60,403 bases of DNA from an uncultured Bacilli bacterium. Its GTDB lineage: Bacteria; Bacillota_I; Bacilli_A; RF39; UBA660. The DNA is taken from NCBI GenBank assembly GCA_947627995.1, contig CANQYE010000004.1:1-60403 (forward strand), read 5' to 3'. The first letter of the stretch is position 1, and each line of letters begins with the position of its first letter. The notes under the pieces are model-generated. The model was not told the origin of the DNA. It searched no databases and was given only the letters and a program-made list of their open reading frames with translations. Below are positions 19,150 to 28,731 of this stretch, in pieces. The translations under genes were made by a program, and so were the position numbers.

Positions 19150-20436
19150 TTATCCATTTACCTCTATTTTTTCTTTGCCACCCATGTATGGTTGTAATAC
19201 TTTAGGAATTTTGATTGAACCATCTTCCATATAATTATTTTCAATTAGTGCAATTAATCCTCTTGGAGATGCTACCACTGTATTATTTAAAGTTGATAAA
19301 AATTCATTACCACTTTCTGTTTTCATTCTTATTCCTAATCTTCTTGCTTGTGCATCTCCTAAAGTAGAACAAGAGCCAACTTCAAAATATTTTTGTTGTC
19401 TTGGACTCCAAGCTTCAACATCACAAGACTTAACTTTTAAATCGGCTAAATCACCACTACAACATTCAAGCTGTCTAACAGGAATATCTAAACTTCTAAA
19501 AAATTCAACAGTATATTTCCACATCTTGTTATACCAATCCATTGCATCTTCTGGTTTACAAAGTACTACCATTTCTTGTTTTTCAAATTGATGCACTCTA
19601 TAAAGACCTCGTTCTTCTAATCCATGAGCCCCTACTTCTTTTCTAAAACATGGAGAATAAGATGTCATAGCAATTGGCAAATCTTCTTCTTTTATAATTT
19701 GCCCTTTAAATTTACCAATCATAGAATGTTCACTAGTACCAATTAAATACAAATCTTCGCCCTCTATTTTATACATCATATTTTCCATTTCGGCAAAAGA
19801 CATAACCCCTGTAACAACATCACTTCTAATCATAAATGGTGGCAGACAATATGTAAAACCCTTATTTATCATGAAATCACGAGCATAAGCTATTATTGCC
19901 TCGTGTAGTCTAGCTATATCGCCAAGTAAATAATAAAAGCCATTCCCACTTGTCCTACCTGCACTATCTTTATCAAGACCATTTAATTTTTCGCATATAT
20001 CAGCATGATATGGTATTTCATAATTTGGAACAAAAGGTTCTCCAAATCTTTCTATTTCCACATTTTCACTATCATCTTTTCCAATTGGAACACTATCATC
20101 AATCATTTGGGGAATTACCATCATTTTTTCTTTTAATTGTGCTAATAATTCGCTTTCATCTTTTTCAATAGAAATTAAACGCTCATTTATTTCTACTACT
20201 TTTTGTTTTTTATCATTAGCTTCATCAATTTTTTTATCCCTCATTAATATTCCAATTTCATTACTAATATTGTTTCTTTCTTTTCTTAAGTTATCTCCTT
20301 CTAATTTTAATTTCCTAATTTTCTCATCTAAATAAATTACTTCATCGACTAACTTTAATTTATGATCTTGAAATTTTTTCTTAATATTTTCCTTTACTAA
20401 TTCTTTATTATCTCTTACAAATTTAATATCTAACAT
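19150..20436 (-). CDS. serS: seryl-tRNA synthetase
   Basis: MLDIKFVR, LIGTSEH, CFRKEVG, RVHQFEKQE, EVGSCS, TLNNT. Confidence 0.97.
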   Translation of the reverse strand: MLDIKFVRDNKELVKENIKKKFQDHKLKLVDEVIYLDEKIRKLKLEGDNLRKERNNISNEIGILMRDKKIDEANDKKQKVVEINERLISIEKDESELLAQLKEKMMVIPQMIDDSVPIGKDDSENVEIERFGEPFVPNYEIPYHADICEKLNGLDKDSAGRTSGNGFYYLLGDIARLHEAIIAYARDFMINKGFTYCLPPFMIRSDVVTGVMSFAEMENMMYKIEGEDLYLIGTSEHSMIGKFKGQIIKEEDLPIAMTSYSPCFRKEVGAHGLEERGLYRVHQFEKQEMVVLCKPEDAMDWYNKMWKYTVEFFRSLDIPVRQLECCSGDLADLKVKSCDVEAWSPRQQKYFEVGSCSTLGDAQARRLGIRMKTESGNEFLSTLNNTVVASPRGLIALIENNYMEDGSIKIPKVLQPYMGGKEKIEVNG

Positions 20437-20693
20437 TATTTTTTCTCCTTTTCATTTATTTTATTATTATCAATTAATATAAATCGATACTTTTGTTTAG
20501 TGACATTGTCTGCTCTATTGCTTACATCTTCAGTGTCCAAAAAAGAACTAATTGGTCGAGCCCATAATTTATTATTATGTTCGTATAAAACCATTTCCTC
20601 TAATGTTTCAGAATTTAACGCGATTCCTGTAACTTTCATTATTGATCCTTTAAAGTGTTGATAATATTTACCAATTTCGATTTTTTTATTCAA
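20436..20693 (-). CDS. DUF1653-domain protein
   Basis: GKYYQHFKG, ALNSETLEEMVLYE, LWARP, QKYRF; TTG start after AAGGAGG. Confidence 0.85.
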   Translation of the reverse strand: MNKKIEIGKYYQHFKGSIMKVTGIALNSETLEEMVLYEHNNKLWARPISSFLDTEDVSNRADNVTKQKYRFILIDNNKINEKEKK

Positions 20694-20699
20694 TATTGC

Positions 20700-20903
20700 C
20701 TCCTTAAAAAAAACACCACAATATTTAAGGAGCAAATAATTGCGGTGCCATCCTTCATTTGACTTAATTTATATAACGGATTTTTCCGGTAGCTATTAAC
20801 TACTCTTAGAAAGGAGATTCATAATTATATTTTTATTAGTTTTCACCAACCACTAACTCTCTTTAAAAAAATAATAATTATTACTAATCTTTCTTCATCG
20901 ATT
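20700..20903 (-). promoter_or_regulatory. T-box riboswitch, Ser specifier
   Basis: GA motif, AGTA, AGAGA/GGTGA, specifier GAATCTCC (TCT/TCC = Ser), T-box AAGGATGGCACCGC, terminator with T8. Confidence 0.9.
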
Positions 20904-20944
20904 TATACTTAAATTATACAATAAAAAAATAATGAACTCAATCA

Positions 20945-21481
20945 TTATTTTAAATTAGCCAACAAATCAGCTTTTTTCATTGTTGAATAACCCTTAATTC
21001 CTTTTTCTTTTGCTAATGATTTTAATTCAGCTAATGATTTTGAAGATAAATCTTCTTTAATAGTTTCTTTAACATTATTTTCTTTTATTTTTTCTTCTTT
21101 AATTTCTTCTTTTTTAGATGTACCATTTTTTAAAGCATCTTTAGCAATAGCCACTAAATCTGTAAAAGAAGCAGGATTATCAATCGCTATTTCTGATAAC
21201 ATCTTACGATTTACTGTAATACCAGCAATATTTAAACCATTAATAAATTTTGAATAACTAATATCATTCATACGGCATGCGGCATTTATTCTAGTAATCC
21301 ATAATTTTCTAAACTCTCTTTTTTTAGCACGTCTATCACGGAATGCATATGCTCCAGAATGAAATAATTGTTCTTGAGCTGTTTTATATAATCTATGTTT
21401 TGATCCAAAATATCCTTTTGCTTGTTTTAAAACTTTTCTTCTTCTGTTTTTTGAAACAGTTCCACCTTTAACTCTTGTCAT
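20945..21481 (-). CDS. rplT: 50S ribosomal protein L20 with C-terminal Rho-N-like extension
   Basis: [38 protein letters not shown]. Confidence 0.98.
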   Translation of the reverse strand: MTRVKGGTVSKNRRRKVLKQAKGYFGSKHRLYKTAQEQLFHSGAYAFRDRRAKKREFRKLWITRINAACRMNDISYSKFINGLNIAGITVNRKMLSEIAIDNPASFTDLVAIAKDALKNGTSKKEEIKEEKIKENNVKETIKEDLSSKSLAELKSLAKEKGIKGYSTMKKADLLANLK

Positions 21482-21493
21482 TTTTTCACCCCA

Positions 21494-21691
21494 CTATATA
21501 ACAGATTTTAATCTGCTAACGTCTCCTTTACTTAATGTTCCTTTATTTCTTCTTTGTCTAACTTGTTTAGAACTATCTTTTTGTGTTTTATGGTTACCAT
21601 TTGATTTTTTATAAGTTAATGTACCATTTTTCTTCTTTTTAAAAATTTTGCTTGATGCTTTATGTGTTTTTTGTTTTGCTCCTTTAGCCAT
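21494..21691 (-). CDS. rpmI: 50S ribosomal protein L35
   Basis: KQKTHKASSK; between infC and rplT. Confidence 0.92.
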   Translation of the reverse strand: MAKGAKQKTHKASSKIFKKKKNGTLTYKKSNGNHKTQKDSSKQVRQRRNKGTLSKGDVSRLKSVI

Positions 21692-21705
21692 TATTTTTTC
21701 CTCCT

Positions 21706-22230
21706 TTATTTTTTTGGTGCTAATAACATATGCATTGTACGTCCTTCAAGACGGGGACTAGATTCAATTATACAAAATTCATTTAAAGATTCTGCAAAAC
21801 GCATTAATACATCTTGTCCTAATTCTGTATGAGCCATTTGACGACCCCTAAATAATATTGAAGCCTTAATTTTATGCCCCTTTTTTAAATAATTTTCAGC
21901 ATTTCTTCGACGAGTTTCAAAATCATGAACATCGATATTAATAGATAATTTATATTCTTTAATATCTTTATTAGCTTCTCTTTGTCGTTTTTGTTGTTCC
22001 TTAGTCTTTTTTTGACGTTCGTAACGATATTTATTATAATCCATTATTTTGGCAACTGCTGGTGTTGAATTTCCATTCATTAAGACTAAATCTAACCCTG
22101 CATAATTTGCAAGTGTCAAAGCGTCTGTTAAATTTTTAACACCCATTTGTTCACCATTTGGACCAATTACCATTAACTCTGCCACATTTATTTGATCATT
22201 AATTAAAAGATCATTGTTATTTTTTGCTAT
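21706..22230 (-). CDS. infC: translation initiation factor IF-3 (probable ATA start)
   Basis: INDQI, LDLV, KIMDYNKYRYE, FRGRQ; GGAGGTG RBS 6 nt before in-frame ATA, matching the known non-AUG infC start. Confidence 0.95.
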   Translation of the reverse strand: MAKNNNDLLINDQINVAELMVIGPNGEQMGVKNLTDALTLANYAGLDLVLMNGNSTPAVAKIMDYNKYRYERQKKTKEQQKRQREANKDIKEYKLSINIDVHDFETRRRNAENYLKKGHKIKASILFRGRQMAHTELGQDVLMRFAESLNEFCIIESSPRLEGRTMHMLLAPKK

Positions 22231-22244
22231 GCTAAGCACCTCCA

Positions 22245-22358
22245 TAAATATAAAAAGTGAATACAATGTATCCACTAAAAAACCTAATTTTAATTATAAA
22301 ATATTTGGCTTTTACCTATTACTTTAAGCAATCAGGTGGATGTGGATACATCGCTTTC
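22245..22358 (-). promoter_or_regulatory. L20 ribosomal protein leader
   Basis: GAAAGCGATGTATCCAC...CACCTG...AGGT...AGTGGATACATTGTATTCACTTTTT (terminator hairpin) upstream of infC. Confidence 0.8.
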
Positions 22359-22477
22359 CTTTTTAATAACATAATCAATTATATATTTATTTTTATGCTT
22401 TGTCAATTGTTTTTATGATTTTTATAAATTAAGCTTGCATTAACAATAATAATATGTTATTATTAACTTACTGATTT

Positions 22478-22554
22478 GGGGAATTAGCTCAGCTGGCTAG
22501 AGCACCACGTTTGCACCGTGGGGGTCAAGGGTTCGAATCCCTTATTCTCCACCA
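22478..22554 (+). tRNA. tRNA-Ala(TGC)
   Basis: GGGGAATTAGCTCAG...CCACGTTTGCACCGTGG...GTTCGAATCCCTTATTCTCCACCA. Confidence 0.97.
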
Positions 22555-22593
22555 AATTTGATAGGAAACTCGGACTTTATAGCTCGAGTTTTT
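22551..22593 (+). repeat. tRNA-3'-end-associated repeat, copy A
   Basis: ACCAAATTTGATAGGAAACTCGGACTTTATAGCTCGAGTTTTT. Confidence 0.85.
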
Positions 22594-22694
22594 AAAACAC
22601 TAAAATTTATGCTATTATTTTTATAGTTTGAATTAATACATAAATTAAAATAATGTACTATTATAAACACCAATTAAAGAGAGAGTGATTGTAA

Positions 22695-23087
22695 ATGATT
22701 AAATTTATAGATAGTGATATTATTATAGGGAAAGCATTAATATATAGTGGTTTAGAGTGTTTATCATTTGAACAAATATATCAATACTTAAATATTGTTG
22801 GCGTTATGTTACCTGAGGGATATATTATTAGTGGTTATGGATATAACGCTATTGAAAGTTTTTTCAGTAACTATACTTGTATAGTAACAAGAATACACGA
22901 TAAAATAGTCCTAAAGGAAAACAAAAATCATCAAATTATTGAGTTTTTAGAAACTGTTTTCCCGGAAATTAATGAAATATCAAAAAGGGCTACGGATATA
23001 TTTCAAGACTCTTCTTCACATATTATAGAAGATGAGCAAAAAAAAGATAAATCATTAGAGTTATTATACGAAAAAAAGAAATACTAA
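22695..23087 (+). CDS. hypothetical protein
   Basis: 130-aa ORF with GAGAGTG RBS, between repeat copies A and B. Confidence 0.75.
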   Translation: MIKFIDSDIIIGKALIYSGLECLSFEQIYQYLNIVGVMLPEGYIISGYGYNAIESFFSNYTCIVTRIHDKIVLKENKNHQIIEFLETVFPEINEISKRATDIFQDSSSHIIEDEQKKDKSLELLYEKKKY

Positions 23088-23104
23088 TTTATATATCTAC
23101 TTAC

Positions 23105-23145
23105 ACCATATTGATAGAAAACTCGGGCTTTATAGTTCGAGTTTT
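23105..23145 (+). repeat. tRNA-3'-end-associated repeat, copy B (no tRNA)
   Basis: ACCATATTGATAGAAAACTCGGGCTTTATAGTTCGAGTTTT. Confidence 0.85.
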
Positions 23146-23239
23146 AAAGTGCTTGTTTTTTTGATATAATATTATAAAATTAAAATTGATTTATGTCGAT
23201 TTTAAAAAATATTTATACATGTACAATTGAGGAGTTAAA

Positions 23240-23923
23240 ATGAAAAAAATAATAATAGGTATAGTTTCAAAGCATAACAATAAAGCGTCTATAAGACCTA
23301 ATATGTATATAAGAGATGAAGTTAAACAAGCTATCTTTGATAATGGAGCAATAGCAATTGGTATTTTACTACCCAAAAATGAAAAGTCAAAAGCGGGAGA
23401 TAAATGGTCTAATAATCTATCAGAAGATGAGTATAACTCATTAATCGCACAAATAAAGCTTTGTGATGGAATTATTTTTCAAGGCGGAGGAGCATGTGAT
23501 AATTATGAAATGATTATTGCAAAGTATTGTTATGATCATGATATTCCTACCTTAGGTATATGTTGTGGACAAAATGTAATTGTTAGAGCATTAGGTGGTA
23601 CGACCCTTAGAATTTCTAATCCTGATAAACATAATAAAATAAATGAAAATTATGTTCATAATATATTTATCAATCCATCTTCTAAGTTTTATAATATCGT
23701 AAAGCAAAAAGAAATAAAAGTAAATTCAAGACATACAAAAACTGTAGGTAACACGCCGTTACTAGAGAAAGTTGCATTTTGTGAAGATGGCTATGCAGAT
23801 GTAGTGGAATCAAAAATAAAAAGATTTTATATAGGAGTAAGATTCCATCCAGAAAGTTTATATAAATTTGATGAAAATATGAACAACATTTTTAAAAGTT
23901 TTATAGATTCATGCAAAAATTAA
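23240..23923 (+). CDS. class I glutamine amidotransferase, peptidase C26 / gamma-glutamyl hydrolase family
   Basis: DGIIFQGG, PTLGICCGQN, VNSRH, GVRFHPE. Confidence 0.88.
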   Translation: MKKIIIGIVSKHNNKASIRPNMYIRDEVKQAIFDNGAIAIGILLPKNEKSKAGDKWSNNLSEDEYNSLIAQIKLCDGIIFQGGGACDNYEMIIAKYCYDHDIPTLGICCGQNVIVRALGGTTLRISNPDKHNKINENYVHNIFINPSSKFYNIVKQKEIKVNSRHTKTVGNTPLLEKVAFCEDGYADVVESKIKRFYIGVRFHPESLYKFDENMNNIFKSFIDSCKN

Positions 23924-23979
23924 AGGTTTTATTCAATTTAATTTATATAATATAGTTAGAGATAATAGAAAGGATAACT

Positions 23980-24591
23980 ATGAAAAAAATTATTAATTTA
24001 ATGGATAATAATAAAGTATATACATATAATATTGAATTTACAGAGGATTTTTATATATTACTAGAAAGTTTTAAAAATAAATATAGTAAAGTAATGGAAA
24101 AAAAAGATATTAAAAATTTCATGTTCCAAAATGTGTCAAAAATTGAAGCAAATAAATATTTAGTTTTTCCAAAATTATACTCCATGATTCAAGCAGATAT
24201 TGAAAATTTCGATGAATATAGTTATGTAATTATTGCTTCTTATGTTAGTAATGAGCACTCTATGAATCAAGAACTTTTGCAATCATACGAAAATAACAGA
24301 TTATGTTTTAGTAATACTTTAGAATTTTTAAAATATGATCCAGAAATGCTAAAATATATACCTTTTTTAAGAAGACTTTTTGCAACTATTAAATTTACAA
24401 AATTAAAACCAAATGATAACCCTACCAATCAAGAAATTATGGAAGCTAAAATAAACTCTTGTTTAAAAGATAATTTAAATAATAAATATTTTAACAGAAT
24501 TTTATCTGAATTTGATTTTCAAAGTTTTACTAAAGAAACCATATATCGCACATATTTTGAAAAAGAAAATAATAATTATTCAAAAAAATAA
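23980..24591 (+). CDS. hypothetical protein
   Basis: 203-aa ORF with AAAGGA RBS. Confidence 0.75.
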   Translation: MKKIINLMDNNKVYTYNIEFTEDFYILLESFKNKYSKVMEKKDIKNFMFQNVSKIEANKYLVFPKLYSMIQADIENFDEYSYVIIASYVSNEHSMNQELLQSYENNRLCFSNTLEFLKYDPEMLKYIPFLRRLFATIKFTKLKPNDNPTNQEIMEAKINSCLKDNLNNKYFNRILSEFDFQSFTKETIYRTYFEKENNNYSKK

Positions 24592-24610
24592 GAAGATAAG
24601 CAACTACTTC

Positions 24611-25444
24611 TTATTTGAGATATTTTGATGAAACCCATCGTTCACTTACATTTGAAACCTTACTCCAAGATCCCTTTGTTTTATATACTTGTACTCGATC
24701 ACCATTAAAAAGCTTTCCTACTTTTTTACCCAAAATTGATGCTTTATTTCGTACATTTAATGGTTCGCTTGTTACCCCAGATACAGTTTTATATTTTGGT
24801 ATATCATTAGATAAATATTTTGATGAAACCCAGGAATTATCTGCAATTTTAGACCAATTGTTTTTATTATCTAAAACATTAACTTTCGAAGATGTTTGCA
24901 ATCTATTTATAATATTATATTGTGTTCCTGGACCACTTCGAACATTTAATCCTTCATCATCAACATTATATATATATTTTACATTTTTATCATTATAATA
25001 AATAAAATTATATTTATTTTTTGTATTTGGATCAATTACTTGATCATCATAAACATAAACATTTGTAAGTGGATTTAATTTATTAGATTCTTTAATTGTA
25101 TTAGATTTATATAAAGCAAAATGTAAGTGAAAGCCAGTAACTACTCCAGTATTACCCATATTACCAATTTTATCACCTAGATTAACACGGTCATTTACAT
25201 TAACTAAAACAGAGCCATCTTGCATATGTGCATATTCAGATACTTTTCCATCATCATGTAATATTCTTATAGTGTTTCCACCTTTAGTTTGTTTATATTT
25301 ATATATAACCTTTCCTGCATCACAAGCAAAGATTGGTTGATTTTTACCACCATAATTATCACTCCAACCTAAGTCCAACGCTTTGTGACTTTCTTGATAT
25401 GGTTGATTAATTTTTATATAATTAATTGGATATCTCGTAAACAT
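24611..25444 (-). CDS. M23 peptidoglycan endopeptidase with two SH3b domains
   Basis: HKALD, YAH, GNTGVVTGFHLHF; LNVR...WVSSKYL twice; no signal peptide. Confidence 0.88.
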   Translation of the reverse strand: MFTRYPINYIKINQPYQESHKALDLGWSDNYGGKNQPIFACDAGKVIYKYKQTKGGNTIRILHDDGKVSEYAHMQDGSVLVNVNDRVNLGDKIGNMGNTGVVTGFHLHFALYKSNTIKESNKLNPLTNVYVYDDQVIDPNTKNKYNFIYYNDKNVKYIYNVDDEGLNVRSGPGTQYNIINRLQTSSKVNVLDNKNNWSKIADNSWVSSKYLSNDIPKYKTVSGVTSEPLNVRNKASILGKKVGKLFNGDRVQVYKTKGSWSKVSNVSERWVSSKYLK

Positions 25445-25520
25445 AACCTCCTTATTTTACATTTACATATTATAATTATATATGGTATTATATGTAATAA
25501 TTAAAAAAGGGAGTGGGATT

Positions 25521-25892
25521 ATGCTGAAAGAAATTAACAAATATAAATTAAACAATAATGTTACTATAAAAAAATTACTTCATCATGGTTTTGTAAGATT
25601 TAATGATTATTTGTTAGAAAAAAGTATATTATTAAGTGATAAATATCATATTTGGTTAAATATAAGAATAATTTTAGTAGATGGTGAAATCTCATTTAAT
25701 TTTTCTACAGAAAATAATATTACAATAATTGATGAAGAAAATGATACAAGTTATATTGCTTTTTATAAAGATAAAAAATTCCCAATACTAATGGAAATAA
25801 TTCAAAAATATAATCTTGTTTTAAATGATTTATGCGAAAAAAAAATATTAGAACGAATAAATGATGAACCTAAAAAAACGTTAACTTTGTAA
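25521..25892 (+). CDS. hypothetical protein
   Basis: Start set at ATG after GGGAGTGGG; KKLLHHGF motif. Confidence 0.7.
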   Translation: MLKEINKYKLNNNVTIKKLLHHGFVRFNDYLLEKSILLSDKYHIWLNIRIILVDGEISFNFSTENNITIIDEENDTSYIAFYKDKKFPILMEIIQKYNLVLNDLCEKKILERINDEPKKTLTL

Positions 25893-27239
25893 CGTTTTTT
25901 TAATTATTTCCATATCGTCAAAGTGATGTTTTGTTGTCCCAATAATTTGGTAATCTTCATGTCCTTTGCCTAATACTAATAAAATATCATCTTTTTGAAT
26001 TAACGAAATGCCTTTTAAAATTGCATCTTCACGATTATATATAACTTCATAATTATCCTTTTTTGTTCCAGCTAAAATATCACTCATTATATTTTTTTCA
26101 TCTTCAGTTCGAGGATTATCGTTTGTAAATATTACATAATCAGAATTATCTGTAGCTATACCTCCCATAATTGGTCTTTTTTTAGGATCTCTATCTCCGC
26201 CACATCCAATTATAGTTATAATTTTACCTTTTTTATTTTCTTTAAAAGCTTCAATTATTTTTAATACCGCATCTGGTGTATGAGCATAATCAACTACTGC
26301 AATACCATTATTTATATTTATTTGTTCACATCTTCCTTTAGGAGCTTGAAGATATTTTGTATTATTCAAAATATCTTCAATACTATACCCTAAACTATTA
26401 ACTAAAGCTAAACAAGTAATATAATTGTATACATTAAATTTACTTTTTAAGTTTACGGTAACATTGTAATTTTTATTTAAATATGTAAAATTAATAGACA
26501 TTTTATCTTTTTGATCTGTATATTTATTTATACAATAATCACCTTTTTTAAAACTAATTGATTTTGTAATTTTGGATTTAAATAACCTTCCGTATTCATC
26601 ATCAAAATTCGTAACCATTGTAGCATCATTTTTTAAATAATTTAATATCTTCAATTTTGCTTGTAAATAATTTTGCATTGACCCATGATAATCTAAATGA
26701 TCTTGTGTTAAATTAGTAAATGCTGCAGCAGAAAATTTTAAACCATATATTCTTTCTTGTTCTAAAGCATGTGAACTAACTTCCATAACAACAATCTCAC
26801 AACCATGGTCAATAGCATTTAAAATCATATCATAAAGTTCTACTATATTAGGTGTAGTATTCTCTAATTCAACTTTTTCATCTAAATAATAATACCCTAT
26901 TGTACCTATATAAGCTACTTTTTTTCCTAATTTTTTTAATAATTGATAAGTTAAATAACAAGTAGTAGTTTTTCCATTTGTCCCAGTAACGCCAATTAAT
27001 TTGATTGAATTAATTTTATCACTATAATTATCTTTTAAATAATTAATTAGATAATCATTAGTATCTGGAACTACAATTTTTGGTATATCAAAATCCACGT
27101 CTTTAGAAACTACAATTTTTTTTGCGCCATTTTTAATTGCACTCTCAATATAATCATGGCCATCGACTTTAGAACCGACAATTGCTACAAAAGTATCATC
27201 TTTCTTTACTTTACGTGAATCAATTTTAATATTTAACAT
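25881..27239 (-). CDS. murE: UDP-MurNAc-tripeptide synthetase
   Basis: DSRKV, GVTGTNGKTT, MEVSSH, DHLDYH, VDYAHTPDA, DNPR, GKGHE. Confidence 0.96.
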   Translation of the reverse strand: MLNIKIDSRKVKKDDTFVAIVGSKVDGHDYIESAIKNGAKKIVVSKDVDFDIPKIVVPDTNDYLINYLKDNYSDKINSIKLIGVTGTNGKTTTCYLTYQLLKKLGKKVAYIGTIGYYYLDEKVELENTTPNIVELYDMILNAIDHGCEIVVMEVSSHALEQERIYGLKFSAAAFTNLTQDHLDYHGSMQNYLQAKLKILNYLKNDATMVTNFDDEYGRLFKSKITKSISFKKGDYCINKYTDQKDKMSINFTYLNKNYNVTVNLKSKFNVYNYITCLALVNSLGYSIEDILNNTKYLQAPKGRCEQININNGIAVVDYAHTPDAVLKIIEAFKENKKGKIITIIGCGGDRDPKKRPIMGGIATDNSDYVIFTNDNPRTEDEKNIMSDILAGTKKDNYEVIYNREDAILKGISLIQKDDILLVLGKGHEDYQIIGTTKHHFDDMEIIKKTLQS

Positions 27240-27249
27240 AAAAATCCTC

Positions 27250-28581
27250 CTATTTTAATTTATTAACTATATCTTTAAAATATTTCCCGCGTTCCTCAAA
27301 ACTTTTAAATTGGTCCCATGATGCGCAAGCTGGACTTAAAAGAATTATATCATTTTCTTCACTTATTTCATAAGCTTTTTCTGTGGCTATCTTTAAATCT
27401 GATACCACGTGACAATCAATATTATTCTTCCTAGCAAATGCAAAAATTTTATCCTTTGTTTGTCCATAACTAATAATAGCTTTTACATTATGTAAATGAT
27501 CCCCTATTTCGTCAAAAGGAATATTTCGATCAAGTCCCCCCATTAAAAGTATTATTGGGCTTTTAAAAGAATCTAAAGCGATATTGGTGGATTTATTATT
27601 TGTAGCTTTAGAATCATTATAAAATTTTCGCTTATTTAAAGTTTTAACATATTCTATACGATGTTCTACTCCACCAAATTCTTTTAAAAATTCTTTTATA
27701 GCAGAATTTTGAATTCCAAATTGTTTAGCTATAATTATCCCTATCATAATATTTTCATAATTATGATTACCTTTTATTTTTATTTCACTACAATCAATAA
27801 TTTCTTCATTATTATAAATTATTTTATTATTTTTAAGATAAGCATCTGCTTTTATTTTAGATGAAAAATATAATTTTTTAGATGGTATATCTTTAGTTAA
27901 AGAAATTACATCTTTATCAGCAGCATTTAAAATAGCAATAGAATCTTTAGTATGATTATTAAAAATACGTTTTTTTATCTGTTTATAATTATCATATGTT
28001 TCATGAAAATCAATATGAACTTGACTTAAATTAGTAATTACACTAATATCTGTTTTAAATTCATACATATCTGCCAATTGAAAATTAGATATTTCTAATA
28101 CTAATAAATCTCCACTTTGTATTTTTTCGACGAAACTGGCTAATGGTATCCCCATATTGCCGCCAAAATGAACATTATAATTTGTTCTTTTTAATAACTC
28201 ATATGTTATTGTTGTTGTTGTTGTTTTGCCATTAGAACCAGTTATAGCAATTATTTTAACATTCTCCGGCAGAAATTTATAGCTTGCTTCAATTTCATTT
28301 ATAACAGGTATATTCAATCTTCTTGCTTTAACTACCGTATTATTTTTATTACTAATTGCTGGATTTTTAATAACTAAATCAAAACTTTCATCAAGTAAAT
28401 CTTCTTGATTTTTCTGAATTATTACATTAATGCCTAAATTAGTTAGTTCATATACTAATTTATCATCTTGTTTTGCGATATCAGTTAATATTATATCATT
28501 ATGGTATTTAATTAATAATTTAGCAGCAGCAACCCCACTCCTAGCCATTCCTAAAATTAATATTTTTTTATTTTGAATCAT
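27250..28581 (-). CDS. murD: UDP-MurNAc-L-Ala-D-Glu ligase
   Basis: GMARSG, ITGSNGKTTT, LEISNFQL, EHRIE, NDSKATN, SPACASWDQF. Confidence 0.96.
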   Translation of the reverse strand: MIQNKKILILGMARSGVAAAKLLIKYHNDIILTDIAKQDDKLVYELTNLGINVIIQKNQEDLLDESFDLVIKNPAISNKNNTVVKARRLNIPVINEIEASYKFLPENVKIIAITGSNGKTTTTTITYELLKRTNYNVHFGGNMGIPLASFVEKIQSGDLLVLEISNFQLADMYEFKTDISVITNLSQVHIDFHETYDNYKQIKKRIFNNHTKDSIAILNAADKDVISLTKDIPSKKLYFSSKIKADAYLKNNKIIYNNEEIIDCSEIKIKGNHNYENIMIGIIIAKQFGIQNSAIKEFLKEFGGVEHRIEYVKTLNKRKFYNDSKATNNKSTNIALDSFKSPIILLMGGLDRNIPFDEIGDHLHNVKAIISYGQTKDKIFAFARKNNIDCHVVSDLKIATEKAYEISEENDIILLSPACASWDQFKSFEERGKYFKDIVNKLK

Positions 28582-28731
28582 AGGTCATCTCCTATAAATA
28601 TTATATCAAATTTTTTTTATAATTTAAAAAAACATTTATTATTTTAAAAATTATGTAAATGTAATTCAAATTTTTCATTTTTTAGTTATCAAATTATATT
28701 GTTTTTAATACATTTTATTAGGAGTGAGCAG

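Noticed and set aside
22551-23145. CRISPR array interpretation of the repeats
   Set aside because: Only two nearby copies, 554 bp apart and imperfect; no regular spacers and no cas genes.
24611-25892. Prophage remnant around the M23 hydrolase
   Set aside because: No integrase, holin, structural or replication genes are recognisable nearby.
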